Below, one piece after another: positions 1 through 11,432 of a DNA stretch of 64,000 nucleotides. Positions within the stretch are counted from its first letter, which is position 1; every line of letters begins with the position of its first letter. Under the pieces are notes generated by a model, which saw nothing but the letters and a program-made list of their open reading frames with translations, did no database searches and was not told the DNA's origin. Source of the DNA: Selaginella moellendorffii (Eukaryota; Plantae; Lycopodiophyta); assembly GCF_000143415.4 (NCBI RefSeq), contig NW_003314281.1, forward strand, positions 242,417-306,416, in the 5' to 3' direction. Both the position numbers and the translations under genes were made by a program.

Positions 1-391
1 GAAGCTCGCGCTCTTCTCTCTCGAGAACGTCATGCTCATGGAGCCACCGTCCCAAGAGACACTCACAATCATCAGGCTTGGTCGGAGCCGCTGGCGAAGA
101 TCGAGTGGAAAGGCATCGATCTCACAAGTGGTGCCTGGGTACGTAATACAAGTTTAGTTTCTTCCTTGATCTCTGGATGGGTGATCTCTCTTTTTCTTTT
201 TCTAGGAGGTAGCATCAGCACAGGTTACTGGTTTGTCATTCGGCGATCACGAACTCCTCCGGGATTGGATCGTCAATCATAATCCTGTAGCCTCACAACT
301 ATTGACATTTTTCATGGATCAAATAAGATGCACTGGTCTGTGGCAAGTATCTACACCGGACGCTTTCTCGAGAAGACCGCTACGACTGTAA
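1..391 (+). CDS. 3' end of an unknown spliced gene (exon <1-138, intron 139-205, exon 206-391)
   Basis: Frame 1 is open from 1 to 138. A GTACGT donor, pyrimidine tract and TAG acceptor follow, and the frame continues to TAA at 389-391 (...IDLTSGAW|EVASAQVTG...RRPLRL*). No domain recognised. Confidence 0.45.
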
Positions 392-822
392 ACGCTAAGC
401 AGCGAGCGATAAACAATCTGCAAAATAGAAGGAAGCATGACATGAACCATCTTTCCGACGCAAGCTTAACGATCGGTCACCTCTTGTATTCCTGGACGAA
501 AACGGGTAAGGGAGAACGCGACCATGGCGATCTCAAGGCGCTGTGCAACTTCACTGGCAGTTCTTTTGTGACTCGGGAAAAGTTTATTGTGACTCAATAG
601 GCCGATGGAAAGTAGAGAGCTCGGAGAGATGAAGGATATGTTGATCGCGAGGAGAGGACTCTTCCAAGTTACCAAGCCTCTAGTCCCAGCTCATCAAGAA
701 ATCCGAAATACTTGGCTGGTTCTCTATTTCTTAAACGTAGTTATCTTCACTAATTAGGATTTACATCCAAGGATTTAAAGTAAGATTTATACACAGGTTA
801 TACAAAACCATGGGAATGGCAT

Positions 823-1656
823 TCAGTGCCTATCGTATCTATGGATTTTGTGTGCCATGGATTTCAAGGCTGGGACCCTTTTGGCGATTCCTCTCCACGT
901 CATGTGGACCGCGTCCTCGGGGAGCGATGGATGCTGGTACTCGAAGTGCCGCTCCACGCTCTTGAGCATCGCCCACTTCCGCGTCCACTCGTCCCGCCCG
1001 ATTCTCTCGAGCGCTCGCACCACGAATCCCTTGCGCAGCGCCTTGTCCGACTCCACAAACACGCAAAACTGCGAGTAGTCGAGCTCGTCCTCGAACGGCA
1101 GCTCGATCTCGTCGCTGATGATCACGGGCACGCAGTGGCTGGCGATGGCGTCGAACAGGCGGTTCGACGACGGCGTGTCGCCTGCCAGGTGCAAGCAAAA
1201 CTTGGCGTTCCTCATACCCGCGGTGGCGCTGCGGATGCCATCCTTTTGGGTGTTGCCCGTCACGAAGTGGACGCCCGGACTGTCCTTGAGGATCTCATAG
1301 AGTTTCTGCCTGATAATCCCGCCCTGTCCAGGAACAAAAAACCGAAAGAACAGCGCGTGAGTTACTTAGGCTGGCAGTGATCGATCTAAACGGCTTAACA
1401 GAAAGACCCAGGCTGTGATTCCACGATCGCGCGAGTAAAAAAAGGAAAAGAATACTGTTCATCAGAAAAGGACTGGCAGTGAATCATCACACGCTAGTGT
1501 TTTGCTTGGCGACAACGTCCCGGGACTAAAAATCAAGCAATGAATCATTCTCTCGTCATTCAGAGGAAGCCTGGCAGCCAGAAAAAAACCAAGAATCTCA
1601 AGCTTGCATCACCTGAAACGTGTTAAAGAAACCGAGAAACAATGAAGAAGGAAGAA

Positions 1657-1689
<33 letters not shown>

Positions 1690-2623
1690 CACAAGAAGAA
1701 GAAGAAAACAAAGAACTCAAACAAGGGAAAGACTGGCCTACCTCCTTTCTCACAATCGCGCCCTGGAAGAAGAGAAGCGTCTCACGGCTCTCAAACGTGG
1801 TAGCGTCGCGAGCAAACGATGGTATGACGTGCTTGTAAGGCGCCACTATATCCTTCCTCATGTTTGCCACCGCCCGAGAGAACCTCCCAAAGTCCGCTAC
1901 CACGAACATAGCCTCCTTGAGCAAGCTCCTGGCCACCATCAAGCTGTTTGGGTGATGCATCACAATTACGTGATCCGCCCCACCGTTCCTCCTCCACAAT
2001 TCCTGGCCCCTGAGAAACTCCACCAATCGTTTCTCCAATCGATCGTTCTCCACGCAGCCCCTACCCCCTTGGAATCTATGCCCGGTTCTACAATACCGAT
2101 TGTAGCTGAGCGATGAGAAGAACGGCACGAAGAAGATGTCCGCGGTGGCTGGATCGGCGACCCGGACAGCGCTACACGGGCTCTTGCGAGACGAGGGATC
2201 CGTGGAGCTCAAGAGATCCGCCGTGAGCCAGTACTCTGGGCTGTGCTGCTGGTAGAGGCCGCCCGGGTAGCGAGGAAGGCTGGAAATATTTCGAGGCCAC
2301 GGGCGACCGGAGATTGCCGCGTCGAGCATCCCGAAGTGGAATTCCGCTGGAAGATCATACATGTAAACCTTAAGAACACGATCGTCGAGCCCTTGAATCT
2401 GACACGAGGAGGAGAGCGATCGCGATGCTGACCTGGTGGTGCCAGTGGATGGGAGGAGCAGCGGCTTGAAGATCGTTGCGGCATCGCTAGTGTCCCCGTT
2501 CTTGGAGGGGGATTCGTCGTCGCGCGGGGGCCAGGCGAGGGAATTCTGCAAGATCGTGCCGGAGATTGCGAAGACGAGCAAGAAGGAGATGATCTTGACG
2601 ATGCACGATCGCGACGCCATGGT

Positions 2624-2654
<31 letters not shown>

Positions 2655-2737
2655 TTAGCTGACCATTCCGGCGGCGAATCGAAGAGGATTTGGGGTGACA
2701 CGGGGCTGGAAGATCGCTTGGAGAGCGCCACCGGCAT
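823..2737 (-). CDS. Exostosin/GT47 glycosyltransferase, ARAD1-like (2 exons: 2737 or 2621-1742; 1323-823)
   Basis: N-terminal TM anchor, then LKVYMYDLP, ADIFFVPFFSSLSYN, GGADHVIVMHHPNS, KDIVAPYKH, FCLHLAGDTPSSNRLFDAIASHCVPVIISD. A GT-AG intron at 1741-1324 joins IVRKE|GGIIRQ. Confidence 0.93.
1658..1688. repeat. (CA/TG)n microsatellite in the GT47 intron
   Basis: About 15 CA units, followed by GAA repeats. Confidence 0.9.
2624..2652 (-). repeat. (CAG)n repeat: polyQ or 5'UTR of the GT47 gene
   Basis: About 9 CTG units on the + strand, just upstream of the ATG at 2621. Confidence 0.85.
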
Positions 2738-2818
2738 TTACAACGAGGAGGAGTCAAGATGAGAGAAGAAAGAAGAGCTTATTAGGTCTTTGCGAGGACG
2801 AGAGAGTGTATATCGATC

Positions 2819-3677
2819 TCAGCCAGCCAATTTGGCCCATTCCTCCAGAGTTGGAGTGGCGGCACTCACGTTGCGCATGTCCAACAAATTCCCTACAAGC
2901 AGCAAGATCAAGGCCAAAGAAACCGTACGGAAGGCGGCGGCCAGGGCCGTACGGAATGGTCATCGAGAAGAACAACTCTTCCTTACCGGCGTGGACTTCG
3001 GGAGAGGCGGCGGCGGTGGCGTCGGCGATGACTGTCACGGCGTAGTCGAGCGCGATGGCATCGAAGACAGTGGCGCGGATGCAATTCGGGGTCTGGACAC
3101 CTGAGCGTTGCAAGAATCGAGAGAGATTGAGAATGATCAAAGGGGAGAAAATCTTTTCGAGCTCACCGACGATCACCAGATGGGAGATTCCAGCGCGGCG
3201 GAGCACCAGGTCGAGATTCGTGGCGAAGAAGGCGCTGAATCGAAATTTGCGCTGCATGTGATCGCCGGGCTGTGGGATCAATCCATCCACCAGCGCCGCG
3301 CCGGATTCTCCCTTGCACGTCGGGCCAGTCTCGCCGTCGTAGAGGTGCTGCCGGAAGAGCTCCACGTCTCTCCCGCTCGCATCGTGCTCTCTCACGACCT
3401 GGAACAAGAGCATCGATCAATCGATCGATCCATCGATCGATCGATAGTTTCTCTTTACCCAGACAATGAAATGGCCATGGCGTCGCGCGATTTCCACGGA
3501 TTTCTGGACCGCTGGGACGATCGCTGGCGCTCCAAGGACGTGCATTGGGCCGCCGGGGAGGACGAAATCGTTCTAGGCCACGGGAATTCTTAGAGAGATC
3601 CGTCGCGCGCGATCTAGAGCTGGGAGTACCTGCATGTCGATGACAAGCAACGCTGTTCTTCGTTGTGGCCCGGCCAT
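2819..3677 (-). CDS. Isochorismatase-family cysteine hydrolase (nicotinamidase-like, At3g16190 type), 5 exons
   Basis: Spliced translation MAGPQRRTALLVIDMQ|NDFVLPGG...FIVW|VVREH...RKFRFSAFFATNLD...|VQTPNCIRATVFDA...|ANLLDMRNV...LAG*. The D/K/C catalytic positions are present. Confidence 0.92.
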
Positions 3678-4178
3678 TTGGTGCTTTTTTAGGGTTTATG
3701 ATGGATAGCGACAAGCGCGTCTGGCGTCTTCGATCAAAGCGCAAATGTGGCCAGGTCTGTGGCAGATCGCGATCGTCACGGATTTCAGTGGCAGCTGTGC
3801 CGCGATTGGTGATCTTGGCGGCGCTGATCCGGCAGCCCAAGCTTTGAGAAAGTGATGTTTGCGATGATCACAGCTTTAAGCTTGCTGGCTAATCGTCCAG
3901 AAAATCTCTCAGAAACGAGAAAGGTAAGAGAACTCTTGTGTGTATGAAACATTGTCATTTTTTTTTTCTTTCAGTGGTGTTCTTCGTGGCTACGAATGTA
4001 AGTTTCTTCTTGTTCTAGTTTCGAGGCTTTGATCAAGGCGTAACTTAACGCGTGGGGATCAAAAGGGATTGGATTTGTGGACATCGACGAGCTTCAAGCT
4101 GCGAAAATCCATCACTTTCGAGGAGACAAGGATCTCCGGCCCGAGGTATGGTACTTCTCCTCTAGCTTTCTCGCTCGC

Positions 4179-4773
4179 TCACTTCTTCATCATCATCTTG
4201 ATGAGGCCCTCGTAGTTGATCATCCCCTCGGCATTCACCTTGGCATCTTTCATGAGCAAGTTGACCTCGTCCGGCGTGAAAACCTCCCCCAGCGTCGTCA
4301 CCACCTCCCGCAGCTCCGCCGCCGACACCTGCCCGTTTTGCTCCTTGTCAAACACCCGGAACGCCTCCCGCAGCTCCTCCTCGGTGTCATACTCCTTCAT
4401 CCTCCGGCTTACGTACCGCAGAAACGTGGGGAAGTCGTACAGCTTGTTCCCAATCTGCAGCGGATCCATCTCGAGGACCATCCCCCGGATCTCTGCCTGC
4501 GTCGGGTTCTGGACGACTGCTCGGAGCATGGGCCCGATCTCCTTGGCCGCCACAAAGCCTGCGAAACTGTTCTAGTCATTCGCAGGGACAGAGACGAAAG
4601 AAACACTTACCATCTTCGTCCTTGTCAAAGACGGAGAAGACTTCCTTGTAAGTAACGAGCTGGTCTTCTGTGAAAAGCTCCTCGATTGGCCGCTCGGGTT
4701 CGGGTGCGGGTGCAGGTTGGGCCGCAGGTGCAGGTACAGGTGCAGGTGCAGAAGTTGTTGCCACTGCCGCCAT
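4179..4773 (-). CDS. Calmodulin-like EF-hand protein with Ala/Pro-rich N-terminal extension (2 exons, ~50 nt intron near 4559-4609)
   Basis: FTEDQLVTYKEVFSVFDKDEDG|FVAAKE, QNPTQAE, DTEEELREAFRVFDKEQNGQVSAAELR align with calmodulin. EF2 and EF4 are degenerate. Confidence 0.9.
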
Positions 4774-4923
4774 TTGGCCCTAACTAGAATTTGAAACAGC
4801 AGCATATCCAAGGCATGAAGTTCTTTCCTAGTGAGGTTTTTTTTTTTTAGCAACTGAACTGCAAGGAAAGAAATAATAAGTTCGAAGGAAGAAAAGAAAG
4901 GAGAAAGGAGTAGAGACAAACCA

Positions 4924-7900
4924 CTAGGGGCGCAGGTCCATGTCCTGTGCAGGCTCCGTTTCTACCATCTCTTTGTCGCCCTTTTGATCTTCGTCGACGT
5001 GCGAGAAACTGTGCGTGCTGGCAACAGGGATGTGGCTGGGCAGCGCTGGAGGTCCAAACCACGAGAGAAGCACCGGGAGTAGCACAAAGCCGTTGAGGAA
5101 GCTAAGCACGCCCATGACTGCGAACATTGCGAAGTAGTAGATTCGGAATGCGTGGTACCTGATGAAGAGAGAAATGGCTGGATGATGAGAACGCAGGCTT
5201 GGGAGTTTTAAAAGTTTCGCTTACTTGAGAAAGACGAGCGGTAGAGTCGCGACCACTTGAGTTCCGAATCCATGGAGCAGGGGTTCCAGAGTCCACTCGA
5301 GTGCCTTCCCGACGCGGTAGTTCCTGGTTCCCTCCACCATCAGGAATGCTCGAGCAAGGTACGTGAGTTCGGCCGCCATTCCAATCTAGAAAATACCACG
5401 AGACAGCGTTAGAAACTGCCGAAAGGTTGCTAAACACATAGTACTCACAACTATGCCAAGGTTGACGAGCGAGAGGGCTGCAAGAGATAGATTGTCAGTT
5501 TTGGTCATCAGAGTAGGAACTACACGTACAGTTAAGTTTTGCACCGATAACGTAGATAAAGCCGTACACTTCCAAGTCCACCATGAGCAGAACAATCACG
5601 ATAAGGACCGAGATCACGATGCTGAACTGGAAAATGAGAACGGCCACAAATACTCCAACTGCAAAAGAAAAAACCAGTGAGCCTGCTTGAAAGGAATGGA
5701 CTGCTGACAGAAACTTACGTAACGCGAAGCCCACCACAATGTACAAGTTTCGGCTGCTGTGAAGATACTGTTCAAAGAAAAGGAACGGATACCCGTACAC
5801 GTAGCCAACATTTTCACCGATCTCGGCATTCATCTGGTCAGCTATTTTTCTGGTCTGTCTGATCATACGAAGATTTGGTTCCGTCTCGGCACCCAAGTGC
5901 TCTATAAAAATCTGTTTCACGCATGTAGAGTTCCATAAACATGAAAGGACGTATAACAAAACTGACTTACAGATGTCTTTGTAGCCGCAACTCGAAGATT
6001 TGGTTTGAATGTGGTAGTGAAACAATCCAAATGTTCTTTTGTAGTCTTGTCCTCGCAGTAGTAATCGGGCAGTGAAAAAATACCTGGACCAAAATCTTCA
6101 AAGATGAGCTTGCAAACTGAGCTTCTGTACCTATGGGCGTCGATGACCAGGCTTGCTGAGTCTGATCGAAAACGTCGACAGGGATAGTAAATAGCGGAAT
6201 CCCGGAGACATTCACAGGAACTGTTTTTATATCGGGTCTAGAATTAGCCGTGTAAACCATAATGTTTCCCAATACTGACGCTTCTAGAACCTGAAAGAAG
6301 AAAGAAGGCTGTGAGGCCATTGCGAAGAGGGGTAGTGATCCAAATTCTTATATGGACTAAGTGTCATCCTCCGCAAAAGGAACAAAAAGTCGATATTACC
6401 CTGGGTTGTGGAGGAGTCCAGTATGACAAGTTGCTTTGCATTGTCTCGTATATCTTAAGAAGATTTTCCTGGTTCCTCGCAAAATCAATATCTCGCGTCA
6501 CATAGTTCTGTAAATCAAGGTTCAATAAGAAACCATTGTGGGACTCAACCTTACAATTTGGTAGCTTAAGAATTTTCCCTCTGTTACGACCGCAAATGTG
6601 TTCTGGTACGAGCCTAGTTACAAGAAAATGTGTTGCTCAGAACGTGATGTGAGAAGGCTACCTTTCAGAGTTATATCGGATAGTAATAACCCGTGCTCGA
6701 CTTTTTCAAAGCCCAGGTAAGTTGTCACAGCGAGTAATGCTGAGAACAATACAAGCTGAAACCGTGCAGGGTTAGAACGAGAAAAACAAGGTTGAAGATA
6801 CGCACCACAACGACCTTGAACAGATTATTTTCAAATAGAGGAGCATAGTACTTTGCAACAGCTCGCGATACGAAGGATGTTCCAGTGACATGTCCACTGA
6901 AATTTCCAGGGGAGTCCTTTGACGCAAGCGGCCCTTCTACAAAAGCACACACACAAGATTAAGAAAACGCAAGCGGGTACCAAAACCGAAGAAGCGAACC
7001 TAGATTTTCCTTCTTTCGAATCCCGCAAAGCAGCCAAAGGTAAGGATCACAAACATTGGCCTGCGACATAGTGTTGAAAAAGACAGGTATAAATAAAAAC
7101 AGACTTACCTTCACTCGTCTGGCATCGATTGCCATTATCGGTATAAATATCAAAAGCATTCCTAGAGTATGAAGTGTTGCTGTGATCCCCATTTGCCAGC
7201 AAAACCACCTCACGATTGGCATTGGACTCTTCGTGAACAAAATAAACAAACTCCAATTAGCAAAGTGAAATACCAAATTGCAATACCGACAAGTGAAGAA
7301 ATGAAGAATGAAGCAAGAACAGAAAACGTTGTTAACACCACCGATGGACCCGCGAGAGCAGTCGTCATTCTCATCTCTGCTTCAGGTACTTTTGAAGTTA
7401 TGTCTTTGAGTGATGGATCTTTTAAGTAATTACGAAGCACGCTCACTAGCACAAAAACATCATCTATGCCTGACAATTGTACAAGATGTTAGCAATGTAA
7501 ACCATAACATTTGATGTCATGTACCCAGTCCCAGTGTAAGGAAAGGTACCACAGAACCGGCCAACGGGGTTAACTTGATTCCAACAGCAGCGCTAAACCC
7601 AAACCCAGCGATAACAGCAAGTGAAACTACAACCATTCCCTGCAAACAGAGAAAAAGGTTAGTTCCGATCGGTGATAAAACGTCCTTACGGTGAGAGCCA
7701 GCCATGTAAACGAGTGTACAGGGTCCTTGAAGTTGACAAAAGCCAGAAATGAGTATATCGAGACAAGAATGCCGCTAAGAACTATCTGCCACACTGGTGT
7801 TTTATTGGCATCCGAGATTATGTCTTCCGACGACCTCTGTAATCGAAGAAAGTCAGGAAAGTTTATCAAGCAGACGCGAAAATGATTGATTACATACCCA

Positions 7901-9673
7901 CATGTTGAACTCTAGCTGCAGGTCACCATAAATATTTTTGTCGCCAAATATTGTGCTTGGTTGGTGCTGTCGTAGAGGGTCCAGTTCGTTGATCATATGA
8001 GCTTCCCAGTCTTTAGTAAGCTGCTCCCTCTGTTTTTCTTGAAAACTTGTACCCAGTAAATTAGAGATGTACGATTCCCAGACCGGATGCCTTTGATGGA
8101 AATTGTTTCCGGCCCATCTTAATCCTTTGATCTGAGAGACATAATGAATCAAAATTACAGTTGTGAGCAGACGACTAGTACGTGTAAGTTTCAAGTAGTA
8201 ACCTCGGTGATGTTCCCAGAAGCATCGTACTTCAGACTACCCAATGACGTTAGAGTTGGGCTGTGTGCTCCAAACCATGTCATGCAGCACGGTTGCGTTC
8301 CAGAGAGGCAGTCCACAATCTATGTGACGGTAGTGAGCATCAAAAACTCGCTTTAGAAATATAACCTGAGGATTTGTCGGATTCGGATCAGCAGACTTTC
8401 CAAATCGCAGGGCAGCATTTATGTGATCTAGAACCTGAAATTTTTCAGAGCTTATTTTCGAGCTTGAGTTCGCAAACTGAATAAATTACTTGCTGATTGG
8501 TCATGCCTGCGTATGATTTTCTCCAGCTGTATCCCCATGTCAAAAGAAGCCGAGACAAACCAGTAACTCCCTGGACAAGCTGAAACATACTGTATAAGTT
8601 AAGAAACTAGGAAACCATAAACTTTAGAAACCTCATTGACGGTGTTTTCATCGATGTTTAGAGCTGTGTAGTTACTGCGAACTTCCGTTTGACAGTTTCC
8701 GTTAGGGATGACAGCAATTTGAGCGATGCGTAACCCGGAGACAGCTGAATCATAAACCATAAAATAGAATATGTACTGCGAGCAAATAAATCAAGAGAAG
8801 TGTACCTTCTTGTTCAAGTAGTTTTAACGCTGGTGGATAGTCAAAATCGCCTCCTTCTTTAAAACAGTCTAATGCCGATAGTTTCAGACAAGGAAGCCAG
8901 TCTATACCCCATCCATCGGGTAAACGCAGTTCAGGAGGAGCATTCAGCGCCTCTAAGGCACAATTTGCATATTTTGAGTATCCCCATGAAATGAAGTTTT
9001 TGTTCTTCAAAGGGTCTGTACCAGACTTTATGTAATCCGGCACAACAGGCCTCTCACAGAAATCGTTCTGCAATAGAAAATGGTCTTAATCTGAAACCAA
9101 TGAAGACATCATCACATATCATACCTCGCGGAAGTTATATGTCTTTCCGTTTATCGTTCTTGTCATGGTCAAGTTGTCATAGAGAGGAGTAATGGATGAC
9201 TTAAGAGCGTCCATCGCATGGACCAAGTTGTAATCCTTGCCATCCCGTGGTGTGATTGTGACTGCCTCGAGCCGAGAAATACCCCCGAATCTGAAACCAG
9301 ACAACGTTACATTTATACGAACGAAATTCAAACAAGAGAACCTCGAATCGAAAAACTCTTTCTCTTCCACGACGCGAGAGTTTTGCTCAACCCATAGCTT
9401 TTCCAGATCGGCTTCCTTCTTCACATTAAAAAGACCAAAAGAAATTCCTCCAAGCAGGACGAGTCCAATTCTGTGAAAGTGAAAAGAGAAAAAACTTATC
9501 GCGGCAAAAACGCAAGAGCGAAAATCGTACATGAGCGGAACAGTCGGACGACGAGCTGCAAACGATCCATACCGCTCAAACACCTCGTTCATTGCTCTGT
9601 GATATCCATCGAGCACACCCTGCAAAGCGAGAAAGCTCAACACAGCAACCAAACCAAAAACGGCGCTCACCAT
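4924..9673 (-). CDS. Patched-like 12-TM RND/sterol-sensing-domain protein, roughly 20 or more short exons
   Basis: Patched-type motifs in order: LEKLWVEQNSRV, PCLKLSALDCFKEG, SSD VVPFLTLGLG|IDDVFVL, AGPSVVLTT, IMAIDARRVK, KYYAPLF, VEHGLLLSDI, GYPFLFFEQY, IGMAAELT...ALEWTLEPLLHG, LNGFVLLPVLLSWFGP. No NPC1 N-terminal Cys-rich domain. The ATG at 9673 is probably followed directly by a 51-nt GTGAGC..TTGCAG intron. Confidence 0.88.
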
Positions 9674-9965
9674 CTTCAAAGCGGAGAAGTTTGAAAGCTT
9701 AACAGATGCTTTGAAGCGAGACAGCCACCATAGCCAGGGAATGACACTGCTGCTCCTGCTATTTCACGTGAGGCCAGAACTTTGTAGGCTCCGCGCGAAA
9801 TGACGCGCTTTGTACTGAAGTTGAAAGAAACAATAGTAGAATATTACTCCGTCGGCATCAAAGTGCCTTTTGTATTATAGCGCGCAGGTTTAAACCTGCG
9901 ACCATAACGAAGTAAGAAAACTCGAGGACACACCATCGTCTACCTCCTATACGAAAGATAAAGCT

Positions 9966-11104
9966 TTAGCTGTGGTTGGCGGCCCTGGCCCTTCGTTTGT
10001 TCTGGATGGCTCGAACGTACTCCGAGATCAAGACATGGAGCTTGGGAGCGCCTTTGCCAGCAAACGCTCCCAGTGGAGGCACCGTGTTGTTATTGGCGGC
10101 CCTCTTCATTACTCGAGCAGCTTGCCTCTGGGCTAACTGGAAGTGAATGGCGCAAAAAGATGGCACTACCGCACGAAGAACGGGTTTCCCACAAGTTCCA
10201 TTCGGGGCACTGGAAGGAGAAAAAATAGCAACGTGAGACGCATGAAACACCAATGTCAATGGACTTGATGAAATGTCAAGAACTTGTCTAGCAAGAAATA
10301 AAAAATAAAATCCTATCCAGCACGAATGGCATGACATAGATTAAAGCACTTTTCTAGCAAGAAAAAAACTAATTCTAGCGAAGAAAGACAAGATGCAAAG
10401 AAATTGATCATATCTCTAAGAACGTAAACTCCTATCCACCATGTCACTACCAATGCATAGAGTATGACTAAAACAAAAGAAAGAAAGAAACCCAAAGACA
10501 CGAAAAAAATTCTAAGGAAGGAAAGACTCGATCGATCGAAATATCACACGGCATACCTGCGAGGAACGAATGCGCACGGCTTGTACAAGCACTGGCGAGG
10601 CTCCAAGAGAATATGATCGAAGCAATAGGCGCTGAGCGGCATCGGCTTGGTCATGCATCCCTGGAATCCACACTTGATCGCCTCCCCGGCCGATCGCTCG
10701 GGCACTCTCATGTCCACATTGCCCGGCTGCTGCGATTCCTCCGCCTCATTCTCCTCGCGCCAGCCGCTCTTCCCTGTCCGGAGATAGAACCTCCGGTACT
10801 TGGCGCGCAGCTCCTCGAGCAATGCCCAATACTGTACCCGATAGAGCTTGATCAGCTGCCTCACCCTTCGCCGCCGGCGCTTGACGACCTCGGCCCTTGT
10901 CATCACCATGGATCGCGATAGCATCTCGTCCTCCTCGGCGCCCTCCATCGCCACCGCTGGCACACACTCCTGTGGATCCTGTGAGAAATATCCCTCATCC
11001 TCCACGAATCTCTCATCCGGCGCGGCGCTCTCCGCCACCGCCGCCGCTGCCGTGGCCGCGGCTGGCACAGCCACTGGCGGAGCAATCCCTTGCCTGCGCG
11101 CCAT
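9966..11104 (-). CDS. INO80 subunit D / KANSL2-like protein with zf-C3Hc3H domains (exons 11104-10557; 10209-9966)
   Basis: TRAEVVKRRRRRVRQL..LYRVQYWALLEEL, CGFQGCMTKPMPLSAYCFDHIL..PRQCLYKPC, CGKPVLRAVVPSFCAIH, KLHVLISEYVRAIQNKR. Canonical GT-AG intron. Confidence 0.85.
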
Positions 11105-11432
11105 CGCCTCGCTCTAAAACCTCTCCACAAAACCAAAGAATAAAGTAATCACACACGAGTTCGATTCTCCTCGTCGAGTGCTAGCTTGGACGCCACTTGT
11201 CTGCCAAGCTGGCAATTATAACCACGCCCGCGCAGTATAGAGCTGACTTGGAAATACGTGGCAGCCGAGCTGTCAGCTTAGAAGCTAAGTAGCCTCTGGT
11301 TTTGCTGGTTCGTGAAAGAGAATGGTATAACTTTGTCATGGGGGCCAGAGCCAGGATCATCGAGCTTCATCGGATAAACTTCCGGGTTCCTGGACGAAGA
11401 ACAAAACCAAGAACAAAACGAGGAGAAGATCA

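Noticed and set aside
3975-4045. Sm/LSm-like peptides (GVLRGYE, FRGFDQ)
   Set aside because: No coherent Sm1/Sm2 reading frame could be assembled.
4924-9673. Calling the RND/SSD gene NPC1
   Set aside because: No signal peptide or Cys-rich NTD, and the diagnostic motifs (LWVE, PC...LDCF.EG, YPFLF.EQY) are Patched-type.
9791-9800. E2F-like site TTTCGCGC upstream of the Patched-like gene
   Set aside because: A single 8-mer, compatible with chance.
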